A stretch of DNA of 64,000 nt from Pseudomonadota bacterium (GCA_040758515.1 JBFLVM010000003.1:505426-569425); one strand, 5' to 3'. Shown: positions 1 through 8,967, counted from the first letter of the stretch. Notes: generated by a model not told the origin, from the sequence alone. Program-made: numbers and translations.

Positions 1-379
1 GCGCGCCTGTGACGCGCTTGCCGCGGACAATATCGGCGGACGCAAGCAACCAGCTTCCGTGACAGATCGCGGCCACCGGTTTGTCTGCATGTGCGTGCTG
101 AGCCACGATCGAAATCATGGACGGGCTTAGCCGCATAAGGTCGGGAGCATAACCGCCGGGTATGATGATAGCGTCGTAAAGCTCTTTTTCAGCTTCGGCT
201 GCGGCAATGTCTGCGTGGATGGATTGTCCGAGTTTCGACTTGTACTCTTTCTTCTCCGGGCCAATGACTACGACGCGCGCGCCCTCCTCGCGCATTCGAT
301 AGATCGGATACCAGACCTCGTGGTCGTTGTGGTTGTTCTCGATGAACATTGCGACGTGATTTCCCTTGCGGCTTGCCAT
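1..379 (-). CDS. PfpI/DJ-1 family (type 1 glutamine amidotransferase-like) protein, 3' end outside window; missing from ORF track
   Basis: Manual translation from ATG at 379: MASRKGNHVAMFIENNHNDHEVWYPIYRMREEGARVVVIG...YDAIIIPGGYAPDLMR...KPVAAICHGSWLLASADIVRGKRVTG. Has IPGG and the AAICHG nucleophile elbow; RBS GAGGGA upstream. Confidence 0.9.
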   Translation of the reverse strand, partial: MASRKGNHVAMFIENNHNDHEVWYPIYRMREEGARVVVIGPEKKEYKSKLGQSIHADIAAAEAEKELYDAIIIPGGYAPDLMRLSPSMISIVAQHAHADKPVAAICHGSWLLASADIVRGKRVTGA

Positions 380-414
380 TTTGTTTTCCCTCAATTCCGG
401 ATTTCGTTTAGCCA

Positions 415-1467
415 TCACAAATCGAGCACGAGAAGCGGAGACTTCGAACGCGAGCAGCAAACCGTCATTTCCGTTTCATGCTCTTGCGGTTCGAGGACAT
501 AGTCGCGGTGATCCGGCTCTCCTGAAAGGACGCGCGTGCGACACGTACCGCAGACGCCCAGCTCACATGCAGCCTCGACCTGAATGTCGTGCTCGCGCAG
601 AACCTGCAAAATGGTCTGGTCGCTCGGAATATCGAGGGTCATCCCGGATTTTGCCAGTTCGAGCTTGAACGCGGGCCCTAAACCTCCTTCGTGGTGTTCA
701 GCGGTCTTGTCGCCGGAAGCAACCAGCGCCGGATCGTTTGCCGACGGCGTGAAAAACTCACGATGCGTGTTGCCTGAAGGCCAATGCGAAGATGCCGACG
801 CCACGACGGTCATGAAGCCCGGAGGACCGCAGTAGTAGAGATGCGTTCCATCCTCAAAATTTTTCAGCGCGCCATTGATATCGAGACCTTTGCTGGAATC
901 GCCGCCATCCCAATGAACGACAACGCGGCCGCTATTTATGAGAGGGCGAAGGCGATCCAGGAATGCCGTGCGCTCCTTCGAACGCGTGCAATAGTGAAGC
1001 TGATACTCAGACCGATTGCGCTCGAGTTCGCAGATCATCGACATCATCGGCGTGATGCCGATACCGCCGGCAAGCAGCAGATGGCGCTTTGCATTTGGCC
1101 GCAAGGCGAAGTGATTCCGGGGACCGGAAATTGCTACTTCGCTGTTCGCCTGAAGGGTTTCGTGGATCGCCTTTGAACCGCCGCGACCGTTCGGCTCACG
1201 TTGAACGGCAAACGTGTATCGCCCACGATCCGCAGGATCACCACAAAGAGAGTACTGGCGCACACCAAGGCTTCCGCCGGGAACGTGCAGGTCGATGTGA
1301 CTTCCGGCTTCGAACTGCGGAAGATCGTTGCCGGTTGGATCGAAGACTTCAAACGCCTTTATGTCCTCGCCGTATTTCGTGACCGAACGAACTCGCAGAC
1401 GAAGCTCTTTCGCGGACGTCACGTTCGCCGGCTGCAATTCGGCTTCAGATTTGGCGGCGGCATTCAT
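415..1467 (-). CDS. PDR/VanB family oxidoreductase (flavin/NAD(P)H domains plus C-terminal 2Fe-2S)
   Basis: RQYSL, GGIGITP and YYCGP motifs; CELGVCGTC...CCSR plant-type 2Fe-2S motif; RBS GAGGAG. Confidence 0.93.
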   Translation of the reverse strand: MNAAAKSEAELQPANVTSAKELRLRVRSVTKYGEDIKAFEVFDPTGNDLPQFEAGSHIDLHVPGGSLGVRQYSLCGDPADRGRYTFAVQREPNGRGGSKAIHETLQANSEVAISGPRNHFALRPNAKRHLLLAGGIGITPMMSMICELERNRSEYQLHYCTRSKERTAFLDRLRPLINSGRVVVHWDGGDSSKGLDINGALKNFEDGTHLYYCGPPGFMTVVASASSHWPSGNTHREFFTPSANDPALVASGDKTAEHHEGGLGPAFKLELAKSGMTLDIPSDQTILQVLREHDIQVEAACELGVCGTCRTRVLSGEPDHRDYVLEPQEHETEMTVCCSRSKSPLLVLDL

Positions 1468-1523
1468 GGTCCGCTCCTCTCAGTTCAAAATTGCAAGCCA
1501 TCGCCGTTAGCGTTGACGGTCGG

Positions 1524-1727
1524 TCAGTCTGACTCTTCAACAGTGATGGCACTGACCGGACATCCCTCGGAGGCCATGCGAATAACGTCGATTGATTCGT
1601 GCGGCGGGTCGATCGGTTGCGCCTGTCCTTCGCTGTTGAGCGCGAATGCTTTTGGCGCAATGGCCGTGCAGATACGCGACCCAACGCACTTGTGATGATC
1701 GACGCTCGTCTTGATTGTCTTTCCCAT
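1524..1727 (-). CDS. Small ferredoxin, single-cluster (probably 3Fe-4S) P450-partner type
   Basis: MGKTIKTSVDHHKCVGSRICTAIAP...SEGCPVSAITVEE with CxxSxxC...CP. True start is ATG 1727, or GTG 1739 overlapping the P450 stop; the 122-aa ORF-track start is too long. Confidence 0.88.
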   Translation of the reverse strand: MGKTIKTSVDHHKCVGSRICTAIAPKAFALNSEGQAQPIDPPHESIDVIRMASEGCPVSAITVEESD

Positions 1728-1735
1728 CGTGACAC

Positions 1736-2974
1736 TCACTTGAACTTCACGGGCAGCGCCTTTAGCGCGCGGCCTCTGAGGATTGCATGGTACTCGAACG
1801 TATCCGCGGCGAGACGCATGCCGGGGAACCTCTGAGTCAGCGCAAGATAAGTTTCGTGCGCCTCGACGCGAGCCAATGGCGCGCCCAGGCAAATGTGAAT
1901 TCCCTGTCCGAACCCCAAATGCGGATTTGGACGCCGGCTGACATCGACCTGATGCGGGCAGCTGAACTTCGCCGAATCCTGATTCGCGGCCACGTTCACG
2001 AGAAGAACCAAGTCGTCCTTGCGGATCGTCTTTCCCCGAATCTCGACATCCTCGAGCGCGTAGCGAAGCATGCTCTTAATTGCGCCCTCGAGACGAACGA
2101 CCTCCTCAACCGCCAACGGAACGAGCGCCGGTTCTTTACACAGACGATCCCACTGATCCCGATGGCTCAGCAGCATGTGCAGACCGTTGGCCAGAAGATT
2201 CGTAGTCGTCTCGTGTCCAGAAAACAGAAGATTGGCGCAATGGACGATGATCTCGTCGTCGGAAAGACGGGCGCCCTTCCAATCCGCCTTGATCAAAGCT
2301 GAAATGTAGTCGTCCTGCGGATTCGCGCGTCGTTCCTTCACGCGCGGCTCCACGTAGCCGATGAGTCCTTTGATCCCATCGACACCCGACTGCCATCGCG
2401 CCGGATCGGTGCCGCCGCCAAAATGGTAGGTCAGCCAAAGGTCCGAGTATTTCTTGATGACCGTCCAGTCTTCATGCGGAAAGTCCAGAAAATCAAGGAT
2501 GACCTTGATCGGAAGCGGAAGCGTGAAATCCTTGATGAAGTCAATTTGGTCTTTGTTCTGCGACTCATCCAGCAGATCGTGGATGAACTTCCGAATTCTT
2601 AGGCGCCGCTTCTCGACCTGCGACGGCGTCCACACCTGATTCACGACCAGGCGAATATGGTCGTGCAATGGATTGTCCACGGCACTCAGCCAGTGAGGAT
2701 ATGTGTCGTAGATGACGCCGAACCGCTCTCTGTACGAGGCGCGGTCCTTCTCCGGCAGTTCTTTGACGTTGAACCCCAACTTGTCGGAAGAAAACAGATG
2801 CGGCTGCCGGCAAGCCCACACGACATCTTCATACTTCGTGATGATCCACATCTTCCTTTGTTCGTTCCAGTGGACCGGGTCGTTTTCCCGCAAAGGACCG
2901 AAGTAAAGTTCGGGATCTACCAACGCCGCCGGATCCAGAAGATCTGTCGGCTTTGACTGGACTGTCGTGTTCAT
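1736..2974 (-). CDS. Cytochrome P450
   Basis: I-helix LLFSGHETTT, K-helix EEVVR, heme loop FGQGIHICLG; 412 aa. Confidence 0.97.
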   Translation of the reverse strand: MNTTVQSKPTDLLDPAALVDPELYFGPLRENDPVHWNEQRKMWIITKYEDVVWACRQPHLFSSDKLGFNVKELPEKDRASYRERFGVIYDTYPHWLSAVDNPLHDHIRLVVNQVWTPSQVEKRRLRIRKFIHDLLDESQNKDQIDFIKDFTLPLPIKVILDFLDFPHEDWTVIKKYSDLWLTYHFGGGTDPARWQSGVDGIKGLIGYVEPRVKERRANPQDDYISALIKADWKGARLSDDEIIVHCANLLFSGHETTTNLLANGLHMLLSHRDQWDRLCKEPALVPLAVEEVVRLEGAIKSMLRYALEDVEIRGKTIRKDDLVLLVNVAANQDSAKFSCPHQVDVSRRPNPHLGFGQGIHICLGAPLARVEAHETYLALTQRFPGMRLAADTFEYHAILRGRALKALPVKFK

Positions 2975-3015
2975 GCTGGTTCCTCGATTAAATCCGCCTC
3001 AGCGAAACGCTGCGA

Positions 3016-3990
3016 CTACTGCGCTTCGTGAATGAGCGGGATCCATTTTTCGTATTCCGATTTAACCAATTGCTGGAGAGCCTGCGGCGAACGCTCGTCC
3101 GCCGGCGGCGCATCCAACCCAATGTCATTCATCTTCTTCACGAAGGCCTCATTGGCAAACGCCTTCTGAAGCGTTTCATTGACTTTGGCGACGATCGGCT
3201 GAGGCGTTCCCTTGGGGAAAAACAACCCTGTCCAGGCGTTCACAACCAGATGCGGCATTCCCGCCTCAGTCGATGTCGGAACGTTTGGCAAAATCGGAGT
3301 TCGCTTGGGCGAAAGAAGAACGACGGCTTTCATCTGATTCGATTTCACGAACGGGGCCGCAAGACTTGTCCAGTTGAAGACAGCGTCGATGCGATTGCCC
3401 ATCACATCGCGATCCGCCTCGATATCGCCGCGATAAGGAACCTGCGACGCATTGATGTTCGACTGCTTTTTGAAGAGCAGGAACGCCAGATGAGAAATGG
3501 ATCCGATTCCGGCGTGGCCGATCGTCAGCGGGCTTGTTTTGGACTTTGCAAGCGCGATCAAATCGTTCAGCGAATTGACGGGCGAATCCTTGTTCACGAG
3601 CAGGATTTCGGGCGAGTACGCGACCGTCATGACGGGAACGAAATCGGTCAGCGGATTGTACGGCAGTGTCTTGAATACGGCGGTGCTCGCGATTTGAGTT
3701 CCCAGATTGCCTATAAGGATTGTGTACCCGTCAGGCGTTGCCCGCGACACGCGCGTCGCACCGATCGTTCCGCCGGCGCCCGTGACATTCTCCACGACGA
3801 CTGGCTGTCCGATATTGTCGCGCAGCTGTTCGGCGACGAGGCGTGCAACGACGTCGACCGATCCTCCGGCAGCAAACGGCACGATGAGGCTGATTGGACG
3901 TGTCGGGTATGTGCTGTCAGCACTCGCAACGCCGATGTTTGCAGTGAGCAGCGTGGCAAGAAAACTTACAAGAAAAGCGATCCGCGGCAT
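3016..3990 (-). CDS. Bug/TctC family tripartite tricarboxylate transporter substrate-binding protein
   Basis: Signal peptide, YPTRPISLIVPFAAGGSVD, VVENVTGAGG, VPYRG; start moved to ATG 3990 (RBS GAGGGA). Confidence 0.92.
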   Translation of the reverse strand: MPRIAFLVSFLATLLTANIGVASADSTYPTRPISLIVPFAAGGSVDVVARLVAEQLRDNIGQPVVVENVTGAGGTIGATRVSRATPDGYTILIGNLGTQIASTAVFKTLPYNPLTDFVPVMTVAYSPEILLVNKDSPVNSLNDLIALAKSKTSPLTIGHAGIGSISHLAFLLFKKQSNINASQVPYRGDIEADRDVMGNRIDAVFNWTSLAAPFVKSNQMKAVVLLSPKRTPILPNVPTSTEAGMPHLVVNAWTGLFFPKGTPQPIVAKVNETLQKAFANEAFVKKMNDIGLDAPPADERSPQALQQLVKSEYEKWIPLIHEAQ

Positions 3991-4145
3991 TGTTTCCCTC
4001 CCTGAATTCGGAACCGACTCTTTGTTCGGTTTTGCAAGGCTGCGCCGCATCGCAACGTGCTTTTGCGCGCGCGAACGGCTGCCTTGTCGAGACGAATTTT
4101 AAGAGTCCATCGCAAGTAGGAGAAATACCGAATGAGTCCGAGGGT

Positions 4146-4160
4146 ATGCCTCGTTGGCAT
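4146..4160. promoter_or_regulatory. Putative LysR recognition site (ATGCC-N5-GGCAT, contains T-N11-A)
   Basis: Dyad in the divergent bug/lysR intergenic region, about 30 bp upstream of the lysR ATG. Confidence 0.5.
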
Positions 4161-4188
4161 GACCGATCGTTTTTGCTAGCGGTTACGG

Positions 4189-5127
4189 ATGGATATCCGA
4201 TCGCTTAGATATTTCATTGCGGCCGCAAACTTAAAGAGCATAAGTAAGGCGGCCGAACATCTTCATATCGCGCAGCCGGCCCTGAGTCGCCAACTCAGGA
4301 AGCTGGAGGCGGATCTCAAAGTTGAGCTCTTTCATCGTGACGCTCGCGGCGTTCGTCTAACGGACGCCGGCACTCTCCTTCTCGAAAAAGCCGAAAGCCT
4401 TATCAGGCAGTTCGAGCACATCGCAGAGGAAGTCCGCAGACAAAGCCGGAATCCGTCCGGTCACGTATCGGTCGCCCTTATTCCGTCAGTCGCTTCGTTC
4501 ATCGCTTTGCCCCTGATCGAACGAATGCGCGAACGACATCCGAAGATTTCACTGCGCATATCCGAAGGCCTTACAACGGCAATCGTAAGCGGGCTACTTG
4601 AACACAAGTTCGATTTTGGCCTGATCCCGGCGGAGCAAGGCGATGCCTCGTTGATAAGCATTCCCCTACTGATCGAGCCAATGTTTCTGATTGGGCCTGC
4701 CGACAAAGCGTCCACCGACAACAAGCCGCTTTCATTGCAGCAACTCTCTCAATACCCACTGATACTTCCCAGCCGCGGCAATACTCTGCGCGAGCAAATC
4801 GAGTCGGTCGCGAAGCGAAACGGCGTGGCGCTCGATGTGAGAGAAAGCGTCGATAGCGCGATTGTTACGAAGCAGCTGGTGATCGCCGGCCTCGGCTATA
4901 CGATTCACTGCTACAGCTTCGTTCATGCGGAAGTCACGCGGGGGCAGCTGTTCGTTCAGCCGCTCCGCAGTCAGGAACTCGTCCGACAATGGTCCCTTGC
5001 GCGGCCGCGCGACCATTCTCAATCCGAGGCCAGTTCGAAAGCTGCAAAGGTGCTGTTGGAGATTGCGACTGAGTTCTCACAACAGAAGGACTGGTACTTG
5101 CAGGTCAGCCGCAGGCAATCGCTTTAG
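4189..5127 (+). CDS. LysR family transcriptional regulator
   Basis: N-terminal HTH (LRYFIAAA...SISKAAEHLHIAQPALSRQLRKLE...LFHRDARGVRLTDAG); divergent from the P450 operon. Confidence 0.95.
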   Translation: MDIRSLRYFIAAANLKSISKAAEHLHIAQPALSRQLRKLEADLKVELFHRDARGVRLTDAGTLLLEKAESLIRQFEHIAEEVRRQSRNPSGHVSVALIPSVASFIALPLIERMRERHPKISLRISEGLTTAIVSGLLEHKFDFGLIPAEQGDASLISIPLLIEPMFLIGPADKASTDNKPLSLQQLSQYPLILPSRGNTLREQIESVAKRNGVALDVRESVDSAIVTKQLVIAGLGYTIHCYSFVHAEVTRGQLFVQPLRSQELVRQWSLARPRDHSQSEASSKAAKVLLEIATEFSQQKDWYLQVSRRQSL

Positions 5128-5206
5128 CGCCCTGTGCGGCCTCCCCCTTTTTAAGTCCTCGAATTCCGCTATCGTCTCGTCGCTGCCGCGACAGGAGATT
5201 TCAGGC

Positions 5207-5590
5207 ATGTTCAGCCACGTCATGATCGGATCGAACGATCTCAATGCGTCGAAAAAATTCTATGACGCAATTTTTTCATCGATGGGAGGAGATCCGGGAA
5301 CGCTCGATGTCCGGGGCCGGCTGGTCTACAGCAAGGACGGCCACCGGCTGATGATCACCAAGCCGATCAATGGAAAGAAAGCCATTCCCGCTAATGGCGG
5401 CACCATCGGATTTCATATGCAAAGTCCGGAAATGGCGAACGCCTGGCATTCGGCCGGCGTCGCAAATGGCGGGAGAAGCGTAGAGGACCCGCCGGGACGG
5501 CGCGAAAGAAACGGCGATCCGATTTATCTGGCGTACCTGCTCGACCCGGACGGGAATAAGCTCTGCGCCCGCTGCCCAGTCTCGTCGTGA
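5207..5590 (+). CDS. VOC family (glyoxalase/bleomycin-resistance-like) protein
   Basis: MFSHVMIGSNDL...FYDAIF...NGGTIGF...YLAYLLDPDGNKLC; RBS AGGAG before ATG 5207. Confidence 0.9.
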   Translation: MFSHVMIGSNDLNASKKFYDAIFSSMGGDPGTLDVRGRLVYSKDGHRLMITKPINGKKAIPANGGTIGFHMQSPEMANAWHSAGVANGGRSVEDPPGRRERNGDPIYLAYLLDPDGNKLCARCPVSS

Positions 5591-5827
5591 ACGTCGTTCG
5601 CTCGCGGTCGTAAGGTGTCGCGAATTCATCAAGACACCGAAGAGAGATGAACTGACGGTTCGCGCTATCGCGTTCGCGACTGCTATAGACGCCGGCCAGC
5701 TTCGCGCCGCCGATCTGCGTCGGCATCACGGGCGGCGTGAATACTGAACATCGTCAGCGCAGTCGCATGGCCGCAGTTTGTTCTTTGTGCGGATTTTGGG
5801 AAGCACTTGCGCTGCAAGGACTTTGAA

Positions 5828-5903
5828 TGGTGGGCGCACAAGGATTCGAACCTTGGACCCGGTGATTAAGAGTCACCTGCTCTACCAACTGAGCTATGCG
5901 CCC
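5828..5903 (-). tRNA. tRNA-Lys(CTT)
   Basis: GGGCGCATAGCTCAGTTGGTAGAGCAGGTGACT-CTT-AATCACCGGGTCCAAGGTTCGAATCCTTGTGCGCCCACCA; 76 nt cloverleaf with encoded CCA. Confidence 0.97.
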
Positions 5904-6021
5904 GGATCCAGACAAGACCCGTTTAAGAGGGCGTCGTTTAGCAAAGCGATTCTGCCGTGTCCAGCAAACGCAGGCACTTTTCCCGGCAGGAACATGGCGC
6001 ATTCTGACACGCGCCAGATAC

Positions 6022-6049
6022 AAAAAACCGCCGGAAATCCGGCGGTTTT
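6022..6049 (-). terminator. Rho-independent terminator of the Spy/CpxP-like gene
   Basis: AAAACCGCCGGA-TT-TCCGGCGGTTTT hairpin ending in T6 on the minus strand. Confidence 0.8.
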
Positions 6050-6069
6050 CGCTTGTGTGGCGGTGCGGA

Positions 6070-6678
6070 TCAGAGCCGCTCGGAGCCGCCCTGGCCGCCT
6101 GCGCGTCCCGGGCCGTCGTCGCGGCCCGGACCGAAACCGTCACGCGGGCCGAACTCATGATGATGCCAGCCGCGCGGCCCGCCCATGCGTGTCAGCATCG
6201 CAAGGCGGCGCTTCTGACCGTCGTCGAGGCTCTTGTAGAGCGGGTCTGCTGCATCGGCGATACGCTTCAGGCCGGTCGCGGTCGCAACCATGTTGTCGGC
6301 ACGCTCGCGCAGGCGCGCGACGGGATCGAAGTTCGGCGCGGTTCCCGCCTGATCGGGAGCACGATCGCCCAAGCCTTTCTCGTCACGCCCTTTCTGGTCA
6401 CGCTCGGCACGGCGCAGATCGCGTTCAGCGGCGCGCGCATTGGCGCGGTCGATACGCTGCTTGGCGAAATCGCGCACCGCGGTCTCGACCGCCGGCCAGT
6501 TCTTTTCCTGATCGGGCGTCAGCTTCAGCCCGGCATGAACGGAGGCGATCTTCGCGTCGACGAAAGCGGCGCGATCCTCGGCGCTCATGCGCGGATGATG
6601 GAAACGATGCTGCGCATAGACGGCGGTCGAACCGATGACGGCGACGGCTGCGATGGCGGCAATGACGGATTTTCTCAT
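6070..6678 (-). CDS. Spy/CpxP family (LTXXQ) periplasmic chaperone-like protein
   Basis: Signal peptide ending AVYAQ; LKLTPDQEKNW motif; LYKSLDDGQKRRL; RBS AGGAG. Confidence 0.85.
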   Translation of the reverse strand: MRKSVIAAIAAVAVIGSTAVYAQHRFHHPRMSAEDRAAFVDAKIASVHAGLKLTPDQEKNWPAVETAVRDFAKQRIDRANARAAERDLRRAERDQKGRDEKGLGDRAPDQAGTAPNFDPVARLRERADNMVATATGLKRIADAADPLYKSLDDGQKRRLAMLTRMGGPRGWHHHEFGPRDGFGPGRDDGPGRAGGQGGSERL

Positions 6679-6785
6679 GGGGCACTCCTTCTTCGTTCTG
6701 CAACGAAGATGGCAGCAGCCCGCGCGATTTCAAATTACGGTTTGGAAAAGTCCGGCTGTGTTACGAAAATGTAATTCGCCGCCGT

Positions 6786-8234
6786 TCATCCGCCGTACAG
6801 CATTCCCAGCTTGCGCGGCAGCCACAGCGTGATTTCCGGCACATACGTAATGATGACGAGAAATATCAATAGCGTGATGAGCCACGGCATCACCGCCTTG
6901 GTCAAATCCGTGATGCCCATGCGCGCGATACCCGCCGCGACATAGAGATTGAGCCCGACCGGCGGATGGCAGAGGCCCACCTCCATGTTGGCGTCGATCA
7001 TGATGCCGAAATGAACGGGATCGATATTCAAACGCTGCGATGCCGGAAACAGGATCGGCGCCATGATGAGAATGATCGACGACGGCTCCATGAAATTGCC
7101 GGCCAGCAGCAGCAGGATGTTCACCACGAACAGAAAGCCGATCCAGCCGAGGTTCATGTCCATGATCCAGTCGGCGATAGCGTGCGGGATGTTTTCGTTG
7201 GCGAGAATGAACGAGAACACCACGGCGTTGGTGATGATATACAAAAGCATCGCGCTCATATTGGCGGATGCCAGCAACACGCGCGGCACGTCCTTGAACT
7301 TCAGCGCCTTGTAGACGAACAGCGACACGAAGCCGGCGTAAACGGCGCTGACGGCGGCCGCCTCGGTCGCCGTGAACAGGCCGCTGTAAATGCCGCCGAC
7401 GATGATGACGACCAGCATCAGGCCCCAGAAACTCTTGCGGAAGGCGACCCACCGCTCGACCCATGTGGCGCGCGGCATGCTCGGATAGCCGCGCTTCTTG
7501 GCGAGATACCATGTGACGCCGCACAGCATCGCCGACAGCAAAATACCTGGAAGCAGACCGGCAACGAACAGCGCGCCGATCGAGGTGTTGGTCGAGATCG
7601 CGTAGATCACCTTCGGAATCGACGGCAGCATCAGAATGCCGAGCGAACCGGCGACCGTGATGATGCCCGCGCCGAAATGCATCGGATAGCCGCGCCGGAC
7701 CATTTCCGGCAAAATCACGCCGCCGATAGCCACAACCGTCGCGACGGATGAGCCGCAGACCAGCGCGAACATCGCGCAGGCGACGATGCCCGCGAGCGCA
7801 AGACCGCCTGTCAGGTGGCCGACCATCGACGCCGCGAAGTCGATCATCAGGCGCGCGACGCCGCCATGCGTGAGAAAGTTGCCGGCCAATATGAAGAAGG
7901 GGATCGCCATGATTTCCCACTTCTCGATACCGGTAAACAATTTCAACGCCACGACCTGCGGGTCTTCGGCCGTCATCGTGAAGAAGAAGGTCAAAACTGT
8001 CAGACCGAGTGAAATCGAAATCGGCATGCCGGTCAGCATCAGCGACACAAGCAGCGTGAACAGCAGAATGGCGCGCGGACCGGACGGGATCGTCACCAGT
8101 CCGAATTTGGCTCCGAGGCACAGGCAGAACAGCATGATCGGCACGCCGATCAGAACCACGGCGCCGAAAATCTGATTGGACGGCGGCTTCCTGTAGCTCG
8201 GCCCGCCCGTGATCGCGGTGGCTGCGTTGCTCAT
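6786..8234 (-). CDS. dctM: TRAP transporter large permease
   Basis: AIPFFILAGNFL, GGLALAG, GSSVATVVAIG, PPVGLNLYV; short N-terminal extension. Confidence 0.93.
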   Translation of the reverse strand: MSNAATAITGGPSYRKPPSNQIFGAVVLIGVPIMLFCLCLGAKFGLVTIPSGPRAILLFTLLVSLMLTGMPISISLGLTVLTFFFTMTAEDPQVVALKLFTGIEKWEIMAIPFFILAGNFLTHGGVARLMIDFAASMVGHLTGGLALAGIVACAMFALVCGSSVATVVAIGGVILPEMVRRGYPMHFGAGIITVAGSLGILMLPSIPKVIYAISTNTSIGALFVAGLLPGILLSAMLCGVTWYLAKKRGYPSMPRATWVERWVAFRKSFWGLMLVVIIVGGIYSGLFTATEAAAVSAVYAGFVSLFVYKALKFKDVPRVLLASANMSAMLLYIITNAVVFSFILANENIPHAIADWIMDMNLGWIGFLFVVNILLLLAGNFMEPSSIILIMAPILFPASQRLNIDPVHFGIMIDANMEVGLCHPPVGLNLYVAAGIARMGITDLTKAVMPWLITLLIFLVIITYVPEITLWLPRKLGMLYGG

Positions 8235-8908
8235 CGCGATGCTCCGGCGACCGCAACATCGTGAGCGACGATGCCCGGAACGGTGGGCGTATCGTCGGCC
8301 ACGCCTTCGACATGGCCGTGGTCGTGGTGCGGCAGTTCACCGGTTCGGGCGAAGCCGACCATGACTTGCAGGAAGCGGAAGCTCATCAGATAACTGCCGA
8401 GCGGGATGGCGAGATAGATCATCCAGGCCGGCCATTCGAGATCGGGCGAGGTCTGATCGGTCTGCGCCATGTGATAGACGAAATTCGTGCCGAGCGAGCC
8501 GATCACGAAGGTGAAGATCGCGCCGCACAGCAATCCGAAAATGATGACGCGGTACTGGTTTTCCGGAGCGAGCTTCTGCGTTGCCACGTCGACACCGACG
8601 TGAATGCCGGTGCGCACGCCGTAGGCCGCGCCGAACTTCGCCATCCACACGAACATGTAGATGCACAGTTCCTGCGCCCAGGTCAGGTTGATATGCCGCA
8701 CGAAGTTGAAAGCTGCGGTGCCGGCGGCGGTCAGCCACGCGATATCGTGGGCGCGGCCGAATTTCATGATGTCCACCGAAATGGTGGTGCTGTAGCGATG
8801 AACGACGGCGATGAAAATCAGCAGCGTCGCGGCCGCAATCAGCGTCGCGATGATGACTTCTTCGAGCCGGTCGAGAATCCGCAGGATAATTTTCAAGATT
8901 GTCCCCAC
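8231..8908 (-). CDS. dctQ: TRAP transporter small permease
   Basis: WAQELCIYMFVWMAKFGAAYGVRTGIHVGVD; four TM segments; overlaps dctM start. Confidence 0.9.
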   Translation of the reverse strand: MGTILKIILRILDRLEEVIIATLIAAATLLIFIAVVHRYSTTISVDIMKFGRAHDIAWLTAAGTAAFNFVRHINLTWAQELCIYMFVWMAKFGAAYGVRTGIHVGVDVATQKLAPENQYRVIIFGLLCGAIFTFVIGSLGTNFVYHMAQTDQTSPDLEWPAWMIYLAIPLGSYLMSFRFLQVMVGFARTGELPHHDHGHVEGVADDTPTVPGIVAHDVAVAGASR

Positions 8909-8967
8909 CCCATCGGCCGCCTCTGCGTGCGGTCCGAAAGCAAATCTAGCCTAAACAAGTCTAGCTT

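Noticed and set aside
4033-4050. Possible sigma54 promoter GGCGCAGCCTTGCA upstream of the Bug gene
   Set aside because: GG-to-GC spacing is 9 nt, not the obligatory 10.
5591-5827. Possible integrase remnant or LexA box next to the tRNA
   Set aside because: No tyrosine or serine recombinase motif in the frames checked; only a single GAAC half-site.
5754-6158. 134-aa minus-strand ORF and overlapping plus-strand ORFs 5778-6774
   Set aside because: They read through tRNA-Lys or lie antisense to the Spy-like gene; no protein motifs.
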